Below, piece by piece: positions 37,016 to 46,071 of a DNA stretch of 64,000 bases (positions within the stretch are counted from its first letter, which is position 1; each line of letters begins with the position of its first letter). Below the pieces are notes generated by a model. It was given only the letters and a program-made list of their open reading frames with translations, made no database searches and was not told where the DNA came from. Both the position numbers and the translations under genes were made by a program. Source of the stretch: an uncultured Chloroflexia bacterium (GTDB taxonomy: Bacteria > Chloroflexota > Limnocylindria > Limnocylindrales > CSP1-4); NCBI GenBank assembly GCA_963778815.1, contig CAVZVS010000003.1:72895-136894 (forward strand), written 5' to 3'.

Positions 37016-38278
37016 ATGGCCTTCTGGCGTCGCCTCTGGCAGCGCGACGACCTGCCCGCCCTGGCGGCCTGTACCGCGCTCGACATCGGCACAGAATTCG
37101 CCAAGGCCCTCGTGTTCGAGATCGACGACCAGGGGATGGGCACGGTCCGGGGCGTCGGCCGCAAGCGCCAGGGCCTCTCCCACATGCAGTCCGGGACGGT
37201 GGCCGACATCGCGGCGGTCGTCGACAACTGCGCGGTCGCCCTCCAGGAGGCCGAGGAGATGGCCGGCTTCCGGCCGACCCAGGTCGTCATCGGGATCGCC
37301 GGTGAGCTGGTCAAGGGCTTCACCACGACCAACAGCCAGGAACGCAAGAAGCCCGACCAGCCGATCACCGAGGCGGAGCTCCAGAAGCTGATCGACGCGG
37401 TCCAGCAGGACGCCCTGCGCGAAGCCGAGCGGTCGATCACCTGGGAGACGGGCCTGCCCCACGTCGACGTGCGCCTGGTCCACGCGGCGATCACCTCGGC
37501 CAGCATCGACGGCTATGCGGTGACCAACCCGGTCGGCTTCCGCGGGCGCTACGTCAAGATCGGGATCTTCGATGCGTTCGCCCCGCTGGTCCACCTCGGG
37601 GCGCTCGAGAGCGTAGCCAGCCAGCTCGACCTGGAGCTTCTCGAGATCGTGGCCGAGCCCTACGCGGTCGCCCGCGTCCTCGGTGCGGAGCAGGTCCAGC
37701 AGGCGGGCGCCATCTTCATCGACATCGGCGGCGGCACGACCGACGTGGCCCTCGTCAGGCAGGGTGGCATCGAAGGGACCCGGATGTTCGCCCTGGGCGG
37801 ACGTGCCTTCACCAAGTCCATCGCCGACCGGCTCGACCTGCCCTTCCCGCGGGCCGAGGCACTCAAGGTCGACTACGCCCGGGGTCTGGCCGTCGACCGA
37901 CGCGACGAGGTCGAGGCCATCGTGACCGACGACGTGACGGTCTGGTCGGCCGGGGTCGAGCTGGTCATCGAGGAGCTCTCGGGCGGCGATCTGCTGCCCA
38001 GCCGGATCCATCTGTGCGGCGGCGGCTCGCGCCTGCCCGAGATCCTGGCCGCTCTCCAGGCCGAGCGGTTCTGGAAGCACCTGCCGTTCGCCCGGCGGCC
38101 CGAGGTCACGATCATGGCCCCCGACCAGGTGGCATCGATCGTCGACGCCACCCACCTGCTGGTCGACCAGCAGGACGTCACCCCGCTCGGGCTGGCCCAC
38201 CAGGCGATCGAACTCCAGTCGACCGATGACCCGCTGGATGCGGCCCTCCGGCGCGTCCTTCGGGCGATGAAGGTCTAG
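37016..38278 (+). CDS. FtsA-like actin-family ATPase
   Basis: ALDIGTE, IVAEPYA, FIDIGGGTTD, LGGRAFT..IA..L..AEALK, LCGGGSRLP. No ftsZ nearby. Confidence 0.85.
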   Translation: MAFWRRLWQRDDLPALAACTALDIGTEFAKALVFEIDDQGMGTVRGVGRKRQGLSHMQSGTVADIAAVVDNCAVALQEAEEMAGFRPTQVVIGIAGELVKGFTTTNSQERKKPDQPITEAELQKLIDAVQQDALREAERSITWETGLPHVDVRLVHAAITSASIDGYAVTNPVGFRGRYVKIGIFDAFAPLVHLGALESVASQLDLELLEIVAEPYAVARVLGAEQVQQAGAIFIDIGGGTTDVALVRQGGIEGTRMFALGGRAFTKSIADRLDLPFPRAEALKVDYARGLAVDRRDEVEAIVTDDVTVWSAGVELVIEELSGGDLLPSRIHLCGGGSRLPEILAALQAERFWKHLPFARRPEVTIMAPDQVASIVDATHLLVDQQDVTPLGLAHQAIELQSTDDPLDAALRRVLRAMKV

Positions 38279-38280
38279 CG

Positions 38281-40155
38281 ATGGCCTCGATCATCTATCT
38301 CGACGTCGATGACGAGATCACGACGGCGGCCGCCCGGATCCGGACGGCCACCGAGACCAAGGTCGCCCTCGTCCTGCCGCCGGGTTCTCGCCTGGCGACG
38401 TCGCGGATCAACTTCCGGCTCCTGTCACGCGAGGCGCTCGAGCGCAACCGGGTCCTGTCGATCGTGGCCGCAGACCCGGCCGCCAGGTCGATCGCCGCAT
38501 CGGCCGGGCTGCCCGTCCACGCCACGGTGGCCGAATTCGAAGCGGCCATCGCGCCGCCGGCCCCGAGCGCTCCCCCGACGCCGGTGCCGCCGGTCATCCC
38601 GATCGTGCCGCCCGCGTCGGTGGCGGCGGACGGTCCCGTCGCGGACCCGGCGCCCGGCGGGTCGGGCCGATCCCGTCGGCGGACGACCGCTGCGGCCGCC
38701 GGGCTCGCTGCGGTTGGCAGCGGGTCGCCTGGTGAGTCTGCCGATGCAGATGGCTCCAACCTCGAACTCGGCCTCGCGGTCGAGCCGGACGCTCCCCCCG
38801 AGACCAGCCTCCCACTCGCGCCGGCCGCGGCGTTCGTGCCCAGCGCACCGATCGTCGCACCCGCTGCCACGTCGCTGGAGATGCCGCCACCGGAGATGCG
38901 TGCCCGCTCGAGTGCGGCGACCGCGGCCGCCGTGCCGGGTACCGGCGCCGGTCGGAGCCTGCCCAGCGGCATCGTCGCCGTCGTCGGTTCGGTCCTGGTC
39001 ATCGCCGTGATCCTGGCCGTCATCGGCTACGTCGTCCTGCCGGCCGCCAGTGTTGTCGTGACGCCGGTGGCCGTGCCCATCGGACCGGTCGAGTTCGTGG
39101 TCCGAGCCGACCCCGATGCGACCACGGTCGACACCGACGGCGGGGTCATCCCGGCGACCCGGTTGAGCCAGGACTTCAGTGCCGCCGGCAAGTTCGACGC
39201 GACCGGCAAGAAGGTCGTCCAGAAGAAGGCCAGCGGCCAGGTCACCTTCACCAGTGAGAACACCTTCGTGCCGGTGACGGTGCCGGCCGGCACGAGCGTC
39301 CGGACCGGGTCGGGGGTCGCCTTCGTGACCACGGCCGACGTGACCATCCCGCGGGCATCGTTCGCGACCGGTCCCTCCCGCAAGAACGCTCCGATCACGG
39401 CGGTCCGGGCGGGCCCCGCCGGGAACGTGAACCCGGGCACGATCATCGTCGAGCCGAACGAGATCAAGGATCTCCTGGTCAGCGTGACCAACCGGCAGGC
39501 GACCGAAGGCGGCACCCGCGAGGAGTTCACCCAGATCTCCCAGAAGGACGTCGACGACGCGACGGCTCGACTGGCCAAGGACCTGGCGACCCAGTTCGAC
39601 GCCTGGGCGGCCGCTCCCGACGACCTGCCCAGCGGGACGACCGCGTTCCCCGCGACCGGTCATCTCGGCAGCCCGGTCGCCGAACCGGATCCGGCCGGTC
39701 TGGTCGGCCTCGAGCAGCCGACCTTCGACCTGGCCGCGACCGCGACCGGGACCGTCGTGGCGGTCGACACCGCAACGATCGATCAAGTGGCGGCCGGACG
39801 GATCGCGGCCAACGTCCCGGCCGAGCACGTCCTCAAGGACGGCTCGGTCACCTCCAAGAACGACGGCGGTCAGGCCGACGGCGACCTGGTCGACTTCCGG
39901 GTGACCGCCCGGGCGGAGGCGATCCCGGTCCTCGACGCGACCGCCCTGCGGGCCGCGATCAAGGGCAAGTCGGTGGCCGAGGCGCGGCGCATCCTGGAGC
40001 GCTACGGGACCGTCGCGATCGACACCTGGCCGGGCTTCGTGTCATCGATCCCGACCCTCGACGCCCGGCTCGACCTGACCGTGACCGGGATCGCCGGTGC
40101 CCCCAGCGCCCCGTCTGCGACACCGACGGTCGCACCCTCGAGCAGCGCTCCATGA
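38281..40155 (+). CDS. Bitopic membrane protein with baseplate J/gp47-like external domain
   Basis: N-terminal IYLDVDDEIT domain, Pro/Ala linker, TM, then KASGQVTF, VPAGTSV, AGPAGNV..GTI, VTN..ATEGG. Confidence 0.7.
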   Translation: MASIIYLDVDDEITTAAARIRTATETKVALVLPPGSRLATSRINFRLLSREALERNRVLSIVAADPAARSIAASAGLPVHATVAEFEAAIAPPAPSAPPTPVPPVIPIVPPASVAADGPVADPAPGGSGRSRRRTTAAAAGLAAVGSGSPGESADADGSNLELGLAVEPDAPPETSLPLAPAAAFVPSAPIVAPAATSLEMPPPEMRARSSAATAAAVPGTGAGRSLPSGIVAVVGSVLVIAVILAVIGYVVLPAASVVVTPVAVPIGPVEFVVRADPDATTVDTDGGVIPATRLSQDFSAAGKFDATGKKVVQKKASGQVTFTSENTFVPVTVPAGTSVRTGSGVAFVTTADVTIPRASFATGPSRKNAPITAVRAGPAGNVNPGTIIVEPNEIKDLLVSVTNRQATEGGTREEFTQISQKDVDDATARLAKDLATQFDAWAAAPDDLPSGTTAFPATGHLGSPVAEPDPAGLVGLEQPTFDLAATATGTVVAVDTATIDQVAAGRIAANVPAEHVLKDGSVTSKNDGGQADGDLVDFRVTARAEAIPVLDATALRAAIKGKSVAEARRILERYGTVAIDTWPGFVSSIPTLDARLDLTVTGIAGAPSAPSATPTVAPSSSAP

Positions 40156-40613
40156 GCCGGATCCTGGGCATCGACCTGGGCGAGAAGCGGATCGGGATCG
40201 CCGTGGCTGATGCCGACGGGGCGGCGGTACCGTTGACCACGCTCCGCCGTGCCCGGGATGTGGCCGGGGACGCCGAGGCGATCGTCCGGCTCGCGACCGA
40301 GCACGGCGCGCTCGAACTCGTCGTCGGGCTGCCGCTTGAGGCGTCCGGTGAGAACGGGCCCCAGGCCAACGTCACGCGAGCGTGGGTCGAGTCCGTCTCA
40401 CCCCTCGTGCGCCTGCCGGTCACGCTCCGCGACGAGCGTCTTTCCAGTCACCTGGCCGAACAACGCCTGGGCCCGATGAAACGCGGTCGCTCGGGCGGGC
40501 CGCCCAGCGCTACCCAGCGCGACGCGTACCGCGCCCGGGTCGATCGCGAGGCCGCTTCGATCATCCTCCAGGACGAGCTCGACGCCCGAGCTCGGGCCGG
40601 GGCCGAGCGATGA
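40152..40613 (+). CDS. ruvX: RuvX/YqgF nuclease
   Basis: ILGIDLGEKRIGIA, VVGLP, DERLSS, VD..AA.IILQ. Confidence 0.92.
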   Translation: MSRILGIDLGEKRIGIAVADADGAAVPLTTLRRARDVAGDAEAIVRLATEHGALELVVGLPLEASGENGPQANVTRAWVESVSPLVRLPVTLRDERLSSHLAEQRLGPMKRGRSGGPPSATQRDAYRARVDREAASIILQDELDARARAGAER

Positions 40614-42004
40614 CCATCCGCGGGGGTGGCCGGCCACGGGACAGCCAGGCGTACGGTCTGGCCGATGTCGACATCGACGACGAGCACTACGCCCGAGCCC
40701 CGGAGCCCAGCGTCAGCAGCTCACGACGTGGCTGGCGGTCGGGCGACCCGCCGCGGGCGGGCGGCCGTCCGCCGCAGGCGCCTAGGGTCGGCGGTGGCTT
40801 CGGCTTCGGTGGACTGCTGCGCCTCCTGGCGTTCATGTTCGTCCTGGCCGGGATCGTCCTCATCGTCTCGTTGACCGTGCTCCGCCCGGTCGTCGCCGGT
40901 GCCGTCGTCGACTGGGCGGCGGAGAACCCGAGCGCGCTCCGGCTGCCCTTCGTCGAGGCTCTCGTCCGAGAGGATCTGGGACCCGCCCTGACCGATGCCC
41001 CCGGGACGGATCCGACCCAGGTCGAGTTCACCGTTGCCGACGGCGACACGGCCGGGATCATCGCCGCTCGCCTGGCCGATCAGGGCTTCGTCCGGGACGC
41101 CCGCTCGTTCGTGTTCATCTCGTCCGAACGTGACCTGGCCGACAAGCTCGAGGCCGGCACCTACCTCCTGCGCAAGGACATGACCCCGGACCAACTGGTG
41201 ACCGCGCTCCTGGTCTCGCACGATCTGGCCGTCACGGTTCCCCTTCGCGAAGGCCTTCGGCTGGAGCAGGTCACCGCCAAGCTGCTGACCCTGCCGCTCA
41301 AGATGGACGTCAAGGAGTTCTACAACGAGGCGATCCATCCGCCCAAGAGCCTGCTGGCCGACTATCCCTGGCTGGACCTGCCCAAGGGAGCCTCGCTCGA
41401 GGGCTTCCTCGCCCCGGCGACCTATCGGGTCCTGCCCGACATCACCCCGGATGCACTCATCCGGCAGATGCTCGACCGCTTTTACGCCACGGTGGGACCG
41501 GACCGGTTGAAGGTGGCCAAGGACCGCGGGATGTCGTTCTATGAGGTCCTCACGCTGGCCTCGCTGGTCGAGCGCGAGGCCTTCCTCGACGAGGAGCGGC
41601 CGCAGATCGCCGGGGTCTACCAGAACCGCCTCGCGCCCCATACCGAGACGGCCGGCTTCCTCGGTTCAGACCCGTCGATCTTCTACCTGTATGACTCGCT
41701 CCAGCTGGCCGACCTGCCGCTGGCCAAGTGGGCCGACTACACCTTCTGGGCGCCGCACAAGGATGGCCTCACCGGTCTGACCATCCCGCCGGCGCTGGCG
41801 GGCTACAACACCTACACCAGCAAGGGTCTGCCGCCCGGTCCCATCGCCACCCCGACGGTCCCGTCGATCGACGCCGCGCTCGATCCGGACACCAAGGGTG
41901 GCTACCTGTACTTCGTGGCCAAGAACGACGGGTCGAACACGACGGCCTTCGCCAAGACCTACAAGGAGCACCAGGCCAACCTGAAGAAGTACGGCTACCG
42001 GTGA
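40610..42004 (+). CDS. mltG: Endolytic transglycosylase MltG
   Basis: TM, REGLRLEQ, LEGFLAPATY, LASLVEREA, VYQNRL, YNTY..GLPPGPI, YLYFVA. Confidence 0.92.
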   Translation: MTIRGGGRPRDSQAYGLADVDIDDEHYARAPEPSVSSSRRGWRSGDPPRAGGRPPQAPRVGGGFGFGGLLRLLAFMFVLAGIVLIVSLTVLRPVVAGAVVDWAAENPSALRLPFVEALVREDLGPALTDAPGTDPTQVEFTVADGDTAGIIAARLADQGFVRDARSFVFISSERDLADKLEAGTYLLRKDMTPDQLVTALLVSHDLAVTVPLREGLRLEQVTAKLLTLPLKMDVKEFYNEAIHPPKSLLADYPWLDLPKGASLEGFLAPATYRVLPDITPDALIRQMLDRFYATVGPDRLKVAKDRGMSFYEVLTLASLVEREAFLDEERPQIAGVYQNRLAPHTETAGFLGSDPSIFYLYDSLQLADLPLAKWADYTFWAPHKDGLTGLTIPPALAGYNTYTSKGLPPGPIATPTVPSIDAALDPDTKGGYLYFVAKNDGSNTTAFAKTYKEHQANLKKYGYR

Positions 42005-43233
42005 CCGAGCCGGGGCTCGACCGGTCGCCGCGGCCGGACGACATCGCCCCGGCACCGACGGCTACCGACCGAGCCGCCTGGGCGAGGGCCGACCGGCTGG
42101 CCCGCCCAGCCCGCCTGGAGCGGTTGCGCGAGCGCTTCGCCGGCGCCGGGGTCGACGCCTATTTCGGGGTCCGCTCTGAGCACGTCCGCTATCTGACCGG
42201 GTTCGTCCTGGGCGATGGCGAGGACCGGGTGGCCGGATCCTCGGGCTGGTTCCTGGTCGGCGCGGACGAGGTCATCGTCTTCGCCGACAGCCGCTATCGG
42301 ATCCAGGCCGAACGCGAGGCGACGGGAGCACGGATCGAGCCGGTCTACGGCGACGTCGAGAAGCGTTGGCCGGAGCTGATGGCCTCGCTTGGGGCGCGTC
42401 GGGTCGCGGTCGAAGCGGATCGGGTCAGCCAGGCGACCTGGGCCAAGCTGGCGGCGGCGGCGCCCGACGTGGAGCTGGTCCCGGCCGGTGCCTGGCTCGA
42501 GACCCAGCGGGCCACCAAGGAGCCAGCCGAGCTGCTCCGGGTCGCCGCGGCCTGTGCCGTAGCCGACCTGGCCCTGGCCGCGCTCCTGCCCGAGATCCGG
42601 ATCGGGGTGAGCGAGCGGGAGTTGGCCTTCCGGCTCGAGTGGCTGATGCGGACCGGCGGCGCCGACGGACTCGCCTTCGACGTGGCCTGCCTGGCCGGCC
42701 CCGAAGCGGCCTTGCCCCACGGCTCGCCGGGCGACCGCCCGGTCAGTGCCGGACAGGTCCTCCTGTTCGACTTCGGGGCGCAGGTCGACGGCTACCGGAG
42801 CGACATGACCCGGACCCTGTTCGTCGGCGAACCGTCGCCGCGCGACCTGGCCATCTACGAACTGGTGGCCCAGGCCCAGGCGGCGACCATCGACGCCATC
42901 GCCGCGGCCATCCGGACCGGCCGACCGCTGCCCAGTGGTCGGGCCGCCGATGGCCTCGCCCGAGGTGTGATCACGGCGGCCGGTCACGGCGCCCACTTCG
43001 GTCACGGAACGGGTCACGGGATCGGGCTGGCCACCCACGAACTGCCCAGCCTCGGTCGGATGGCCACCGACGAGCCGTTGCCCAGCCCGACCGTCTTCAG
43101 CGTCGAACCGGGCGTCTACCTCGACGGTGAGCTGGGCGTCCGGATCGAGGACCTGGTGGCCATCGATGCCGCTGCCGGCCGGTGCGTACGGCTGACCAAC
43201 TTCCCGCGCGAGATCGTGGTCGTCGACGGCTGA
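42001..43233 (+). CDS. Xaa-Pro aminopeptidase (M24)
   Basis: YLTGF, DSRY, ALPHG, DFGA..GYRSDMTRT, HGTGHGIGL..HE, SVEPGVY, VRIED. Confidence 0.92.
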   Translation: MTEPGLDRSPRPDDIAPAPTATDRAAWARADRLARPARLERLRERFAGAGVDAYFGVRSEHVRYLTGFVLGDGEDRVAGSSGWFLVGADEVIVFADSRYRIQAEREATGARIEPVYGDVEKRWPELMASLGARRVAVEADRVSQATWAKLAAAAPDVELVPAGAWLETQRATKEPAELLRVAAACAVADLALAALLPEIRIGVSERELAFRLEWLMRTGGADGLAFDVACLAGPEAALPHGSPGDRPVSAGQVLLFDFGAQVDGYRSDMTRTLFVGEPSPRDLAIYELVAQAQAATIDAIAAAIRTGRPLPSGRAADGLARGVITAAGHGAHFGHGTGHGIGLATHELPSLGRMATDEPLPSPTVFSVEPGVYLDGELGVRIEDLVAIDAAAGRCVRLTNFPREIVVVDG

Positions 43234-43257
43234 TCGTCGGGACGCTACGCTGCCGCC

Positions 43258-43500
43258 ATGACCGAGGCGTTCCCGTTCGGACCCGGCTTCTTCGACTTCT
43301 TCGGGATGACCATGCTGGTGGCCCTCCTCGTCCCGATCCTGATCACCGTGCTGGTGGTCGGGGTCGTCGTCTGGGCGATCCGGCGGAGCGCACCGCCGCG
43401 CGAGGATCCGGCCATCGCCGAGCTCAAGGCACGCTACGCCCGGGGCGAGATCGACACCGCCGAGTTCCAGGTCAGGCTGCGCGAGTTGAGCGGGGAATAG
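43258..43500 (+). CDS. SHOCT-domain small membrane protein
   Basis: TM followed by LKARYARGEIDTAEF. Confidence 0.8.
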   Translation: MTEAFPFGPGFFDFFGMTMLVALLVPILITVLVVGVVVWAIRRSAPPREDPAIAELKARYARGEIDTAEFQVRLRELSGE

Positions 43501-43504
43501 CCGC

Positions 43505-43510
43505 TACAAT
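43505..43510 (+). promoter_or_regulatory. -10 box (TACAAT) for efp
   Basis: Near-consensus hexamer 70 nt upstream of the efp ATG. AGGAG RBS present. Confidence 0.5.
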
Positions 43511-43579
43511 CCGGCGGCACACCCGGACCCGACCGTCGCCTCGGCCTTGCCCGAGGCGACCCCCAGGAGCCTGACGTCC

Positions 43580-44137
43580 ATGATCTCCACCGGTGAGTTG
43601 AAGAAGGGCGTCGCGATCGAGCTCGATGGCGACCTTTGGCAGATCCTCGACTACCACCACATCAAGATGGGCCGCGGCTCGGCCCAGGTCCGGATCACCC
43701 TCCGCAACATCAAGAAGGGCCAGACCGTGGAGCGCTCGTTCCAGGCCGGCACGAAGTGGCCGCGCGCCTCGATGGAACGTCGCCCGGTCCAGTTCCTGTA
43801 TCGCGATGGCGACGATTTCCACTTCATGGACACCGACACGTACGACCAGTTCGTGCTCAGCGCCGAACAGCTCGAAGGCACCGTGCCCTACCTGACTGAC
43901 GGGATGACCCTCGACCGGACGAGCTACCAGGGCGAGACGATCGGGGTCGAGCTGCCGATCACCGTCGACCTGGTCGTGACCGAGACCGAGCCCGGCTTCG
44001 CCGGCGACACCCAGACCGGGGCGCGCAAGCCGGCGACCACCCAGAGCGGGCTGGTGGTCACGGTGCCGATCTTCGTCGAGGAGGGCGACACTATCCGGGT
44101 CGACACCCGGACCGGCGAGTACCAGACCCGGGTCTGA
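43580..44137 (+). CDS. efp: Elongation factor P
   Basis: HIKMGRGSA, FLYRDG, FMDTDTYDQ, PGFAGDT, KPA, VPIFVEEGD.IRVDTRTGEY. Confidence 0.97.
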   Translation: MISTGELKKGVAIELDGDLWQILDYHHIKMGRGSAQVRITLRNIKKGQTVERSFQAGTKWPRASMERRPVQFLYRDGDDFHFMDTDTYDQFVLSAEQLEGTVPYLTDGMTLDRTSYQGETIGVELPITVDLVVTETEPGFAGDTQTGARKPATTQSGLVVTVPIFVEEGDTIRVDTRTGEYQTRV

Positions 44138-44146
44138 GCTGATCGG

Positions 44147-45599
44147 GTGACCCAACGCGAGCCACCGGACTGGGCCCTGCCCGCCTGGGACCAGACCGAC
44201 GACGAGCCGGTCCGGACGCCACCGGTCGCCGGATCCGCTCCGAACCGCGTCCCGCCGCGTCCCGCTGAACGGGCCACGCCTCCAGGAACGTTCGGGCTGA
44301 CCATCCTGGGGGTGTCGGACGTCACCCGAGCCGTCCGTGAAGCCGTCCGGAGCGATGATCGACTGCGCGACGTGTGGGTCGAGGGCGAGGTCGGTCGGGT
44401 CACCGTTTCGAGCGCCGGTCACGCCTACTTCACGCTCAAGGACGAACGTAGCCAGCTCCAATGCGTCTGGTTCCGGGACGACCGGATGGCCTCGCCCTAC
44501 GAGCCGAGGACCGGCCTGCGGGTGGTGGCCAACGGGCGGGTCGACGTGTTCGATGCCAATGGCGTCTACCAGCTCTACGTCAGCGCGGTCCAGCCGGCCG
44601 GCTTCGGCGATCTGGCCCTGCGATTCGAGGCGCTCAAGGCCCAGCTCAGTGCGGAGGGCCTGTTCGACGCTGCGCGCAAGCGCCCGCTGCCCGATCGGCC
44701 GGCCGTCATCGCCGTGGTGACCAGCGAGACCGGCGCCGTGTGGCACGACATCCGCAACGTCCTGGCCCGGCGCTGGCCGCTGGCCAGGGTGGTCCTGTCG
44801 CAGTGCCAGGTCCAGGGCGCCGGTGCCCCACCGAGCATCGTCCGGGCCCTGGCCTGGGTCGATCGCTATGCCCAGCGCTGCGTCCGCGAGGGTCGTCGCG
44901 AGGACGCCCCGACGGTGACCATCCTGGCTCGTGGCGGCGGCTCGCTCGAGGATCTGTGGTCGTTCAACGACGAGACGGTCGTGCGGGCCATCGTCCGCCA
45001 CTCGTTGCCACTCATCTGCGGGGTCGGCCATGAGACCGACGTGACCCTGGCCGACTTCGCAGCGGATCGTCGGGCGCCGACACCGTCGGCGGCGGCCGAG
45101 ATCGTGGTCCCGGATCGGGTCGAGCTGGCGGGCATCCTGCGGGCCGAGACACGGCGCCTGCGGGCGGCCGGTGAACGGACCGTCAGCGCGGCCGCTCGCG
45201 ATGTGGCCGCCGAACGGCGCGCCCTGGATGCCCTGAGTCCGATCGCCCAGCTGGCGGCATCGCGCGAGCGAGCGGGGCTGCTCCTCGATCGGGCCAGCCT
45301 GGCGGTCCGGCGACGGCTGGAGGCGGGTGCTGTCGGGGCGGACCGATCGGCCGCTCGGCTCCACCCGGCGGTCGGGGTCCGACTGAGCTCGGCGCCGATC
45401 GTCCCTGAGCGCGGCGACCGCCTCGCTCGGCGCCCTCGGCCCGGAGGCGACCCTCGAGCGTGGCTATGCCATCGTCCGACGCTCCGGTGACGGACGGATC
45501 GTGCGCGAACCGGCCGAGGCGCCGGCCGGGGAGGGGCTGGCCATCCGCCTCGCCCGGGGCGAGGTCCGCGCCACCGTCGACCGTGAGGATCGCCGGTGA
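44147..45599 (+). CDS. xseA: Exodeoxyribonuclease VII large subunit (frameshift near 45400)
   Basis: VWVEGEV, GHAYFTLKD, EGLFD, RGGGSLEDLWSFN, GVGHETD, APTPSAAAE. TLERGYAIV tail is in a shifted frame ending at TGA 45599. Confidence 0.92.
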
Positions 45600-45754
45600 C
45601 CGGCGACCTGCTCGTCTTCACTGCCATCGTCCTGGTCGGGGCGGTCGCCGGGATCGGCCTTGGTATGCTCCTCGCACCACGGATCGGCCGACTCGTGGAG
45701 CGCGGCGACGATCAGCCGACGATCGAGGAGACCGGTGACGACCGCCAGCCCTGA
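45596..45754 (+). CDS. Small single-TM protein (52 aa)
   Basis: Manual translation: MTGDLLVFTAIVLVGAVAGIGLGMLLAPRIGRLVERGDDQ... Overlaps the xseA stop and xseB start. Confidence 0.55.
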   Translation: MTGDLLVFTAIVLVGAVAGIGLGMLLAPRIGRLVERGDDQPTIEETGDDRQP

Positions 45755-46049
45755 CCCGAGCCCGGATCCCGCAATTGCCGGTCCCGTTGCCGCCGATCCG
45801 GCCTTGCTGACCTTCGACCAGGCGCTGGCTGAGCTCCAGGGCGTCGTCCAGGCGCTCGAGGCGGGCGGAACGCCGCTCGAGGCATCGATCTCGCTGTATG
45901 AGCGCGGCGTCGCCCTCCACGCCCGCTGTGCCGCCCTGCTGGCCGACGCCGAACTGCGGGTCAGCCGGCTGGTCGAACGGGCCGGCGGCGCGATCGAGGC
46001 GCTTGAGCTCAAGCCGACCGACGACGGCGACCCGACCGCGCTCGGGTGA
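45735..46049 (+). CDS. xseB: Exodeoxyribonuclease VII small subunit
   Basis: TFDQALAELQGVVQALEAG..LEASISLYERGVAL...L..AELRV. GAGGAG RBS. Confidence 0.9.
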   Translation: MTTASPDPSPDPAIAGPVAADPALLTFDQALAELQGVVQALEAGGTPLEASISLYERGVALHARCAALLADAELRVSRLVERAGGAIEALELKPTDDGDPTALG

Positions 46050-46071
46050 GCCCCGCAGTAGACTCCGCCCG

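Noticed and set aside
38281-40155. Prophage or contractile injection system suggested by the baseplate-J-like domain
   Set aside because: No sheath, tube, spike, capsid, terminase or integrase nearby. The protein has a TM and lies among housekeeping genes.
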